64,000 bases of DNA from an uncultured delta proteobacterium (GTDB lineage: Bacteria > Desulfobacterota > Binatia > UBA9968). Location: NCBI GenBank assembly GCA_963847445.1, contig CAWJZV010000033.1, forward strand, positions 69,485 to 133,484, in the 5' to 3' direction. The notes under the pieces were generated by a model that was not told where the DNA came from, searched no databases, and saw only the letters and a program-made list of their open reading frames with translations. A program made the translations under genes and the position numbers. Positions 53,357 to 64,000 of this stretch are shown piece after piece; positions within the stretch are counted from its first letter, which is position 1, and each line of letters opens with the position of its first letter.

Positions 53357-54306
53357 ATGGAAAAGATTAACATACTTCGGTCTATTATTGGTTATTTGCT
53401 TAACGTGGGAAGCACTACCGACAGCATCGCTGGCGGATTCGCTATCGCGGAACAGACGGCCAAGGCGTCGGCATGGCTAATGCAATGACTGCGGGCGTCG
53501 ATGATGCGTCTGCGGTCTATGTAAACCCCGCTGCTATTCCAGAAGTGACTGGTAATCAACCTGCTGGGCGGAATGTATATTGGTACGCAGAGCAGCGTAA
53601 GAATAGTGGTCCAGAGGCAGTAAACAAACACGACGACAACTTCCTCGCTAGTGTCTTCGCCAACTATCATATCCCCGGCACGGACATTACAATGGGCATC
53701 GGAACCTACACGCCTTTTGGACTAGCGACGACATACGAGCGGGACTTCACCCGTTTCGCCGCCGAACGTACGGAGCTTCGAACACTGTATGTCACTCCAT
53801 CGGTATCTTGGCATCCCTCGCCGATTCTGTCGATTGGCGCTGGTGCTAGTTTCGTCCATGCGTCAGGGTTATTCTCTCGCTCTCTTTGCTTTAACACTCT
53901 GGCTTGTACGTTCGCGCCGGGAGCGGCAGAAGCGCACCTGCGCGTAACAGACACAACGAACGCGTTCGCATACAACGTCGGTCTATTAATTAAGCCTTTG
54001 CATAACTGGAAGTTTGGATTCAGCTATCGTGGTCGGACAGATATTCAATTCGATGATGCCGACGCGAAACTTGGTGGAGTGCTGGGTGGTCAGAAAGTGA
54101 AAGCGGATGTTCAGCCGTTACCGCTACCACCCGTTATTAACGCCGGTGCACACTGGCAAATAACACCAGCCTGGGGCGCGGAATTAGTCTATGAATTTAC
54201 GCGTTGGAGCGAATTTAAGACATTCAAAGCGACATTTAAGAGCGGGCCGCTGCCCGGTTTTAATCTTCCACAAAATTGGAAAGACACGAGTACGGTCAGA
54301 AATTAA
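53357..54306 (+). pseudogene. FadL/OmpP1 outer-membrane fatty-acid channel, 3'-truncated
   Basis: GGFAIAEQ...GMANA..AGVDDASAVYVNPA (NPA motif), GIGTYTPFGL, PQNWKDT then stop; last beta strands missing. Confidence 0.8.
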
Positions 54307-54363
54307 TGGCTCGATCAAATAGCCGCCAATGAAACCGGAAGCACCTGTGACCAAAGCTTTCAC
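54300..54363 (-). pseudogene. 5' remnant of an NAD-dependent epimerase/dehydratase gene
   Basis: GTG start then KALVTGASGFIGGYLIE (GxxGxxG), running head-on into the FadL fragment. Confidence 0.7.
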
Positions 54364-54443
54364 ATGAGCCGCAACCATACCGACAAATTGACGGGCTGAG
54401 AAATTCAAAAACTCGATCGATCGATTTACTTGAGGTACATCAA

Positions 54444-56160
54444 TTATTTACCCCCCCTCCCCGCTTTCACCCATGTATCCCGCAGCGTTACTGAGCGATT
54501 GAACACATTTCGTTGATCCGTCGATTCCCGATCGACGCAGAAATACCCCAGCCGTTCGAACTGATAGCGCTCGCCGATTTTAGCGGCTAGCGAGACAGGG
54601 TTCGACACGGCACGCGACGAGACGCTCCAGGGAACTGGGATTGATGTTAGCGAGCCAATCGGCGCCTTCCGGCACGTCATCGGGGTCCTCCACCGCGAAA
54701 AGATGATCGTAGAGCCGGACTTCAGCTTCGACGGCATGAGATGCGGAGACCCAATGGATGGTCGCTTTGACTTTGCGCTTGCTCTGCGACGAGCCGCTCT
54801 TGGTTTCCGGGTCGTAGGTGCAGCGCAGCTCGCGCGCCTCGCCGGTGTCGGGGTCTTTGACGACTTCGTTGCACTTGATGATGTAGGCGTAACGCAGGCG
54901 GACCTCTACGCCCGGCGAGAGACGGAAAAATCCCTTGGGCGGCTCTTCGCGGAAATCGTCCTGCTCGATGTAAAGCTCGCGGGAGAACGGAACTTTGCGC
55001 GTGCCTGCGCTCGGGTCTTCGGGATTGTTGACCGCTTCCAGCTCTTCGACCTGACCCTCAGGATAATTTTCCAAGACGACTTTGATCGGCCGCAGCACCG
55101 CCATCACGCGCGGCGCGCGCTTGTTGAGATCCTCGCGCAGACTATGTTCAAGCATGGCGATATCGACGGTGCTATTGCCTTTGGCCACGCCGATCCGTTC
55201 GCAGAAATTACGGATCGCTTCCGGCGTGTAACCGCGCCGGCGTATGCCGGCCAACGTCGGCATGCGCGGATCGTCCCAGCCGGCCACATGCTTTTGCTGG
55301 ACCAATTGCAGCAGCTTGCGCTTGCTCAACACCGTGTGAGTCAGATTGAGCCGGGCAAATTCGATCTGCTGCGGATGATGCACGCCCAGTCGGTCCAAAA
55401 ACCAATCGTACAGCGGCCGGTGATCCTCGAACTCCAGCGTGCAAATCGAGTGCGTGATGCCTTCGATGGAATCCGATTGGCCGTGGGCGAAATCGTAGGT
55501 CGGATAGATGCACCAGCTATCGCCGGTGCGATGATGGCGTCGCGCGCAGCACCCGGTACATGACCGGATCGCGCAGATTGATATTGGGCGACGCCATATC
55601 GATCTTGGCGCGCAACGTGCGGCCGCCGTCCGGCAACTTCGCCGGCGCGCATGCGCTGAAACAGATCGAGATTCTCGTCCACCGAGCGGTCGCGATAAGG
55701 GCTGTGCTTGCCCGGCTCGGTCAGCGTGCCACGATACTGGCGCATCTGCTCGGCGTTGAGATCGCAAACAAACGCCATGCCCGGCGTGAATTAGTTGCAT
55801 GGCGAACTGGTAGAGCTGCTCAAAATAATCCGAAGCGTAATATTCTCCGTCCCAAGCGAACCCTAGCCAGCGGACGTCTTCTTTGATCGAATCGACGTAC
55901 TCGACATTTTCCTTGCTCGGATTGGTGTCGTCGAAACGCAGATTGCACTTGCCGCCGAACTCGGCAGCCAAGCCGAAATTGAGACAGATCGATTTGGCGT
56001 GACCGATGTGCAGGTAACCGTTGGGCTCCGGCGGGAACCGAGTATGGACTCGGCCGTGATTTTTGCTCTGCCGAATATCCTCAACGACTATGTTACGAAT
56101 AAAATGAGATGGCACCGACTCATTCGCCGTGCCATCTTTGCTACTGTCTCCCTCTGCCAT
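54444..56160 (-). CDS. glnS: Glutamine--tRNA ligase, frameshifted
   Basis: [48 protein letters not shown]. Confidence 0.96.
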
Positions 56161-56255
56161 GTTAGCTACCCCAGGATTACTTTAATTCCGCGGATATTAG
56201 CATATCCGCGGCGATTTCATAACGCGCCGTTGACGCCATTTCAGACGCCTGTTAG

Positions 56256-57683
<1,428 letters not shown>

Positions 57684-57738
57684 AGCCGCCACCTTGACTC
57701 TGTAAATTCATTCTTCTACTTTGAACTCGCTGCGAATT

Positions 57739-57814
57739 TGAGGAGTCGGCTAATTGGTAAGCCACCTGACTCTGAATCAGGCGATTGTAGGTTCAAGTCC
57801 TGCCTCCTCAGCCA
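57739..57814 (+). tRNA. tRNA-Gln (CTG)
   Basis: Acceptor TGAGGAG/CTCCTCA, anticodon arm CCTGA-CTCTGAA-TCAGG, GTTCAAG T-loop, CCA. Confidence 0.95.
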
Positions 57815-57815
57815 A

Positions 57816-57890
57816 GGTCCCATCGTCTAGCGGTTAGGACACCGGCCTCTCACGTCGGGAACACGGGTTCGATTCCCGTTGGGACCACCA
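57816..57890 (+). tRNA. tRNA-Glu (CTC)
   Basis: Acceptor GGTCCCA/TGGGACC, anticodon arm CCGGC-CTCTCAC-GTCGG, GTTCGAT T-loop, CCA. Confidence 0.95.
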
Positions 57891-58225
57891 ACAATCTCCA
57901 TCACATAGCAAATTCCTATTTCCACACTGTCCGGTTTTTGTTCGGTCGCCCGATCACTTTGCCATGCTCTCGACGATCTTTTTCATCTGCTCGTCATCGC
58001 CGTTCTTTCTGCGGTCACGGGACGCAATAGGTGACGGCAAGGTAACTCTCGATGGCACCGCCTGGAAAAGAAAACGCATTAACAGGCTGCGTCGCGAAAG
58101 GTATGAGGTGATTCCGGGTCGTCACATCCGGAGCGCCATCTCAATTCTTTGTGTCGTCCCTGGCAACGCGCTAAGGTTGCCGCATCTCGCGCCGCCGGCG
58201 CAGAGCATTTACCGCAGGAGATTTC

Positions 58226-59512
58226 ATGGCAACCACAAGGGGCGCATCACTGGGAAACATTTCACTTGCGGGCGCGATTGCCGGTTTGATCGCGACGGAA
58301 ATTGCGCTGCGCCACGGTGTCGTGGCGGGCGCCAGCTGGCAAGTCATTCGCCAAGCGTTCGAGGCGGCGACCATCGGCGGTTTCGCGGATTGGTTCGCCG
58401 TCAGCGCGTTGTTTCACGAAGTTCCCCTGCCCTTGATTCGCCGCCACACCAATATCATCGTCAAAAACCGCCGGCGCATCGTCGAAGGCATAGCCGACAT
58501 CGTGCAGAACCGCTGGCTGGCGCCGCATATCATTCGCGAGCATTTGTCGCTCTTTTCCGCCTCCCAATATATTTTGCATTATCTCGGGCATGAAGAAAAT
58601 TTCGCTAAGGTCCTGGCAATCATCCGCGGCATCATCGGGCAAGTCGGGCGCGGTCTGGAAGCGCCGGAATTTGCCGGGTTTGTCGAACGCGTGGTCAGGG
58701 ATCAACTGCGCGACAGCCAATTCGTCAAACCGTTGGGCGGATGGTTGGGGCAATATCTCCGACGAGGCGATCACCACGGCGTCTGGGACGCTCTACTCTC
58801 CGCCGTGGGAAATGCGGCGCAAAGATCCGACTTGCAGCGACTCTTCCAAGCGATGATCGGCCGCGCACTGGACGAATACCAGGCGGCAGGTTTCTTGAAA
58901 CAGCTCGGCATCCAAATGGCTCGACGCTTGAACCTGGTGAACGAAGAGCAGCTCGCTGCGATGCTCATAAGCAAATTAACCGAGGCCGTGCGCGAAGCCC
59001 GATCCGATCCGGGCCATCCACTGCGATCCTGGGTCGACGGCATGGTCATCGAATTCGCCGACAAGCTTGCCGGCGGCGACCAGGATGCCTTGGCGATTGT
59101 CGAGAGCGTGCGGATCGCGCTTATCGAAGCGGCGGACTCTGGCGCGATACTCCAGCGCGCGTTGCGGCGACTCGGTGCAACGATGGAAGAAGGGTTTAAA
59201 AACGTCGATTCGGACCTCAATCGGCTGCTGCGTCAAGAGCTGCACAGGCGCCTCGATCTTTTCCGGGTGAATATCGCGGCGCAAGAACAACTCGATGGCT
59301 GGGTGAAAAACCTGGCGCTGGAGTTGGTCGAGCAGCGTCACGACATGATCGGACAGATGGTCCGCGGCAGCCTGGAAAAACTATCGGATCTTGATTTAGT
59401 CAGGCAGATCGAAACCAAGGTCGGTCAGGATCTTCAATATATTCGATTGAATGGCGCGATCGTGGGCGGATTCGCAGGAGCCGTGCTGGCGATCATCAAA
59501 GTGCTGACATGA
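58226..59512 (+). CDS. DUF445 family membrane protein
   Basis: EAATIGGFADWFAV.ALF, HTNII, VGQDLQYIRLNG.IVGG. Confidence 0.92.
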   Translation: MATTRGASLGNISLAGAIAGLIATEIALRHGVVAGASWQVIRQAFEAATIGGFADWFAVSALFHEVPLPLIRRHTNIIVKNRRRIVEGIADIVQNRWLAPHIIREHLSLFSASQYILHYLGHEENFAKVLAIIRGIIGQVGRGLEAPEFAGFVERVVRDQLRDSQFVKPLGGWLGQYLRRGDHHGVWDALLSAVGNAAQRSDLQRLFQAMIGRALDEYQAAGFLKQLGIQMARRLNLVNEEQLAAMLISKLTEAVREARSDPGHPLRSWVDGMVIEFADKLAGGDQDALAIVESVRIALIEAADSGAILQRALRRLGATMEEGFKNVDSDLNRLLRQELHRRLDLFRVNIAAQEQLDGWVKNLALELVEQRHDMIGQMVRGSLEKLSDLDLVRQIETKVGQDLQYIRLNGAIVGGFAGAVLAIIKVLT

Positions 59513-60534
59513 ATCCGCCTTTGCGAACCATGCGAATGAGATTATCTGGGACGTTGACCGCAAACTCGCATTGGCTCTATTGGTTCTGGTTCGTGCTGAT
59601 GGCAGTGCTGTCGGCGTGCTCGGTAACCTCCTGGCAGTCTCATTACGGCCGCAACCATCCGCTCACCGGCCGCATCTGGGACGTGGCGTCTGGCCAATTC
59701 ATCGATCACCGGAGCCTCATGATGCGATTGGCTCGCGCCGAGTTCGTGCTCCTCGGCGAGAAGCACGACAATCCGGACCACCACAGGTTGCAGGCGCAGG
59801 TGCTGCGCGGCTTGATCGCCGCCGGCCGCCGTCCCGCCGTCGGTTTCGAGATGTTCAGCCTCGACGACGCCGGCGCCATCGCCAACCACCTGGCGCGCGC
59901 GCCCAGCGATGCCGCGGGCCTGGGTCCGGCGGTGAATTGGCAAAAGAGCGGTTGGCCTGACTGGGCGATGTATCAGCCCATCGCCGAGGTCGCGCTTGCG
60001 GCAAAGCTGGCGATTGTCGCAACCAATCTGCCGCTCGCCAGCGCGCGGCGAATGAGCCGTGACGGCTGGGCTCTCGAGCCGTCCGTGCGACGCGACCTGG
60101 GTCTGGATCGGCCGCTCGCCGACGCGATGTTGGCGACCATGGCCGCCGACATTCGCAAGTCGCACTGCGGCTATGGCTCCGCGGCAAGCGTCCAAACCAT
60201 GGTGCAGGTCCAGCGCGCCAGAGACGCGCAGATGGCGCAGAGCCTGATCGCCGCAGCTAGCGCCGACGGCGCAGTACTGGTGGCCGGAGCCGGCCATGTG
60301 CGCAGCGATTACGGGATTCCGGTTTATCTGACGGCAAAGGCGCCGGGCCGGCAGGTTGTCAGCATCGCTTTCGTCGAAGTCGACGAGCCGGAGCCCGAGC
60401 CGCATAAGTATCTCCTGGCAAACGCTACGGCACGGGCGCCCTTTGACTATCTCTGGTTTACCCCGCGGGTGGACAATGAGGACAGCTGTGAAAAGTTCAA
60501 ATCTCAGTTGGAGAAATTTAAAAGCACTCCGTGA
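59509..60534 (+). CDS. ChaN-family (haem-binding uptake) lipoprotein
   Basis: Lipobox LSAC, VLLGEKHDNPDHH, GFEMF, W..Y.PI, RDAQMA, AGAGHV. Confidence 0.9.
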   Translation: MNPPLRTMRMRLSGTLTANSHWLYWFWFVLMAVLSACSVTSWQSHYGRNHPLTGRIWDVASGQFIDHRSLMMRLARAEFVLLGEKHDNPDHHRLQAQVLRGLIAAGRRPAVGFEMFSLDDAGAIANHLARAPSDAAGLGPAVNWQKSGWPDWAMYQPIAEVALAAKLAIVATNLPLASARRMSRDGWALEPSVRRDLGLDRPLADAMLATMAADIRKSHCGYGSAASVQTMVQVQRARDAQMAQSLIAAASADGAVLVAGAGHVRSDYGIPVYLTAKAPGRQVVSIAFVEVDEPEPEPHKYLLANATARAPFDYLWFTPRVDNEDSCEKFKSQLEKFKSTP

Positions 60535-60639
60535 CCAGCCTCATTGACCGTAACACTGGCTTAGCCTCGATCGTTCATGGTTAGCCGGACTTCGCTGGGG
60601 AAAAGAGGTTCGCCTGCCGGCGAACAGCCGCAATCGAAA

Positions 60640-60800
60640 CTCGGAATATTTCGCGCATAGGCGCTAAGCTCGCAAAGGTGACGGGCGATGCCCGTCATCC
60701 CGAGGGAACGCGAGGGATCTCAGAAAGATTTCTCCCAGGGTCGAAATGACAACGGTTCCGGACTTGGCGTCTTTGCGCCTTGGCGAGAGGAATTTCCGAA
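60640..60800. repeat. Composite repeat: 9-bp-period GCGC(C/A)AAG arms enclosing a GTCA-type REP dimer
   Basis: tcgcgcataggcgctaagctcgcaaag [gtcatcccgagg...gggatct...agatttctc...gaaatgac] cttggcgtctttgcgccttggcgaga. Confidence 0.75.
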
Positions 60801-60899
60801 TCCGAGAATCTTCGACTCCCTGCCACATGCTTTGATCGACTCGTTTGTTTTAGGATTCCGGGAGTTCATAATGCCGGCTCAAGCAAGGAGAATCGCGGT

Positions 60900-61625
60900 A
60901 TGAAAGACGTCGAACAGGATCTCATAGCGACTGCGCTGCCCTATTGGGAAACCGAGGCGGCGATCGTTCGGCGATTTTTCCAGAGCAAGCCGACGCGGCA
61001 GGATCATATTTTTTGGCTCAAGGCGCAGCTCTGGAAGGAGCTCCATCCGGTGGACGGTTATTTCACCGGGCTGCAGAAAGAACTGAACAATCTGGCGGCG
61101 AGTTTTCCCGAGATCGACAAAACCATCGGGCGCCGCCAATATCACTCGCTCCTGGAACAACTCACTCAAGAGTTCAATCACTACGTGCTCATGGCTGACG
61201 TTCTCGAATATCTTCTGGGCCATGCGGTTTCCGCCGCGGATACGTTGCAACTGCCGCAGGAGAAAAAACTCGGCGATCTGCGCCGAGCTTACGCAAACTC
61301 GGGATCGGCCGTCGATCGGGCCGCCGTGCTCGTCACCGAAGGCGGCGGCGCGCGGATGTTTCGCGAAGGAAGAAAGCTAAAAGGCGGCCGGCTCGAAAGA
61401 ATGATCGCCGCCGCGATGGAGATCGTCTATCGCGACGAGAAGAACCACTATAAGGACGCCGCCAGGGAAGCGGCCCGCGCAGTCCGGACCAAGCAGGACC
61501 TGGCGCGAATGAAAAAGGCGGTGCGGGAGGTAAGCCTGCAACGAGTCCACATGCGCAATGAGATGTTCAAGGCGCCGCTGACGAGCGACGAAATCAAAAG
61601 TTGCCTGGCATCTCACGGGCAGTGA
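60900..61625 (+). CDS. Hypothetical ferritin-like (di-iron) protein
   Basis: RBS aaggag; helical, with E...EFNH...E...EKNH spacing. Confidence 0.6.
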   Translation: MKDVEQDLIATALPYWETEAAIVRRFFQSKPTRQDHIFWLKAQLWKELHPVDGYFTGLQKELNNLAASFPEIDKTIGRRQYHSLLEQLTQEFNHYVLMADVLEYLLGHAVSAADTLQLPQEKKLGDLRRAYANSGSAVDRAAVLVTEGGGARMFREGRKLKGGRLERMIAAAMEIVYRDEKNHYKDAAREAARAVRTKQDLARMKKAVREVSLQRVHMRNEMFKAPLTSDEIKSCLASHGQ

Positions 61626-61677
61626 ATCTAAAATTCCCCGCAGCTTGCTGCAGGCATAAAACTGTTGGGGTTTCCAT

Positions 61678-62557
61678 TTAATGCGCTTGAAAGAAGGCGT
61701 CTTCTTGATGGACATAGCCGATAACCCGCGCATCGTTCAATGAGCGGATATGGAGATAGTCCCCCGTTTTGCTTTCCACCACCACCTGCGCGCCGCGCCG
61801 GAGGGTCGTGATTACGTTGGCATTCGCCGCGGGTCTATCGCGGACGAAGGAATTGTCGACGACCTCAAAGCTTCCCCAAATAGGCCGGCGCTCTTTTCGC
61901 TGTGATTTCTCCACCGTCAGGTTGAACAGGTTCATGATTTGTTGAAGAGAGTTGAGGCGTGGCGGGTGGCACTTTCGAGCCTTCAACCGTCACCTCTGGC
62001 TCAGAAGTATGACCTGGGCCTTGCTGAGCGATGGCTCCCCATCTTGAACCGTTAGATCGGGACAAATAGTTTTTGCTCCGCTGCCAATAGGGCATCGTCC
62101 CGGCACCGGCCAGTAAAATGATCCCCAGGACTATTGCCATGGCCGATGCCATTGCCGATTTTGTTGGGCCTCGCGTAAAATAGATCGCTGAAGGGTCATT
62201 CTCTAAGCCAACATCGAGATCTCCGAATTGCCCGCGTCGGGATTCCTCCGCCTGAGCTTCATGTCGGTTCTTCGCTGTTCGAAAATTTGCCCCCGCCGTT
62301 TCCGTCCAGGTTCTAAGCCTGTGGTTAAAGTTCACGTCCCAGAGACACAGCGCCGACGCTTTTAGTTTGCGGAGGTCTCTAGAAACGTCCTCGGTGATAA
62401 CTTTCATCCGACTTGGCGGCAATGATCGGCAGCGGGCCTGCCTCGCTTTGTCTTGCTCCGCCTCTGCCCGAAGGGCGTCCTGCCACGTGATATGAACTGT
62501 TTTCTTCGCTTGCTCTTCCATTTCGAACCTCCGTCTATTGCCTTGGTCGAAAGCCAT
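61678..62557 (-). CDS. Hypothetical membrane-anchored protein with C-terminal SH3b-like domain, frameshifted
   Basis: TM AMAIVLGIILLAG; terminal VRDRP...GYVHQEDAFF similar to the ExeA tail. Confidence 0.6.
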
Positions 62558-63461
62558 CAGCAGCCCAGAGGTTTATGACTTTCGCTGGCCAACCGGTTTG
62601 AAACGCGGGTGCCGATTTTCAAGATGCCAGCAACCAGAGAAGCGGCACAGTACGCTCGACCTACGCTTGAATCAAGAGCAACACGGATGCCGAAAGAGTG
62701 TCAAATAACGATACAATTTCTTTAGCTTTTTTCGATCTTCCCTTTGGCATCCTTGGCATAGTTGCGAGAAATAAAATCAGTTTTTTGCATCCATGCAATT
62801 GTCCCTGCTGAGCTTCAATAGGGCATGGAACAGCGGCTGTATTCGGCGGCAGCGACATGGGCGATGTTTCGTTCGGGTCTACCGTCTCCCTATCGAACCT
62901 GCTTTCGTTGCTGCATCCTAAACTCGTACTGTTTGAGAGCAACCAGAATGCCAAACCGGGATGGACGGAATTGGCGCGGCTAACTGTTAAGTTAACCGGG
63001 TTTACCCAAATTAAGCGTAGATCCATGACCGTGCAGATCGAGTGAAGCGTAAACGTTGTTGACTGCTTAGTTGTCAGCAGCGTCAACTAAGAGTAGCAAA
63101 CGAGCAAAGTTATTAGTGGAGGAGAAAGGTCTGCGGCGTCGTGCACTAGATTTGGAGATAGCGGAGGGGAAGATTAAGAATGCCCGACAAACGCGGTCTA
63201 AAGAACGGAAAGGGCATTTTTATATTCGTCGCCGGATCTGTGGCGACCATCGCCAGGTGATCAGCGGCAGGCACTCTTTGCAAAACATGAGATCAGCCGC
63301 GATCGGCACACGGAACCATATAAACTGAGCGCCGATGCAATTTCGCATCAGTCAGAGGTCTCGCAAAGGTTAAAAAAACTGGTTTGACAGAGCGTAAATA
63401 TATCCCCAGGATGTGGTCCTGGAGAGAAAGGTATACTTCAGCTGCGTCGGTGACCGGAGCG

Positions 63462-63884
63462 TCAACCGTTTTCGAGCAGATAACTGCGCCGATCGATCTT
63501 TACGGTACCGTTGGTAAAGCTGATCGAAATATTGATGTCTCCTTCCCCTCGGAGCCACGGCACTATCTTCATGGTTCGCAGACCCGCTTTGGTATTGGGC
63601 TCTTGAAACGCGATCGCTTCGGCCTCCGCCCGAGTCTCAGCGCGCAGGATGAACATGCCGTAACCGAGATCGCAGAGTGTTTCATTGTCTTTATCGTTCT
63701 TGAGCAGCCCCGCGCCAAACAGCCGCCCCTCGCTTTCGAGTTTCGCCATGTACTCCTTGTGCGCTCGGCGGACTGCCTCACGGGATGGCGCGTTCGGCGG
63801 CGCGGGTTCAACCAGCGTCGTGAAACAAAGGTAGCACTGCTCGTGCTTTAACGGATGCATCGGGTCTTGCTTTAGTTCTGCCAT
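63462..63884 (-). CDS. YciI family protein
   Basis: RAHKEY..KLESEGRLFGAG, GMFILRAETRAEA.AIA..EP; RBS aggagg. Confidence 0.8.
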   Translation of the reverse strand: MAELKQDPMHPLKHEQCYLCFTTLVEPAPPNAPSREAVRRAHKEYMAKLESEGRLFGAGLLKNDKDNETLCDLGYGMFILRAETRAEAEAIAFQEPNTKAGLRTMKIVPWLRGEGDINISISFTNGTVKIDRRSYLLENG

Positions 63885-63912
63885 GGTCTTTCCTCCTCGA
63901 AACGAGTTCGGC

Positions 63913-63974
63913 TTTGAACGATTTGAACGGAGCGCAGCGGTTGAACGGCTTGAACTGAGTGCAACGATTGAACG
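63913..63974. repeat. TTGAAC(G) periodic array
   Basis: tttgaacgatttgaacggagcgcagcggttgaacggcttgaac...attgaacg. Confidence 0.75.
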
Positions 63975-64000
63975 TTTCTTATGAGTTGCCTGATGCCTCG

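Noticed and set aside
62560-63460. Short ORFs between the SH3 protein and YciI
   Set aside because: No motifs or convincing RBS; cannot be supported as genes
57890-64000. Genomic island integrated at tRNA-Glu
   Set aside because: No integrase and no duplicated tRNA 3' end seen within the window

Overview
GC-rich bacterial chromosomal segment. Gene content (many stand-alone NMT1/THI5-, Bug- and PBP2-type substrate-binding proteins, Amidohydro_2 enzymes, VOC and cupin proteins) resembles Ca. Binatia/Binatota; this taxonomy is inference only. Many genes, including essential glnS and gltX, are split by single-base indels that are best read as long-read assembly errors. Contents: a TetR/CerR-RND efflux operon; ExeA-like ATPase; a long catabolic/scavenging tract (SBPs, 5 amidohydrolases, 2 GSTs, GFA, 2 VOC, amidase plus small partner, TPP enzyme, epimerase, cupin); surface lipoproteins; a nucleotidyltransferase pair; cardiolipin synthase; glnS<>gltX-tRNA-Gln-tRNA-Glu; DUF445/ChaN. 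The best candidate for an undescribed system is 44929-54363: a partly decayed cassette of FadL-like porin <> BldC/Xis-type HTH (10-bp direct repeats upstream), ICMT-type methyltransferase, divergent ketosynthase, 7TM-GAF histidine kinase, pseudo-receiver, sigma-54 activator and receiver-kinase hybrid, wired by two sigma-54/IHF promoters. This looks like a lipid-signal synthesis and sensing (quorum-sensing-like) circuit. Intergenic DNA also carries several families of periodic palindromes and REPs, some nested inside each other. No CRISPR, rRNA, integrase or transposase was seen.
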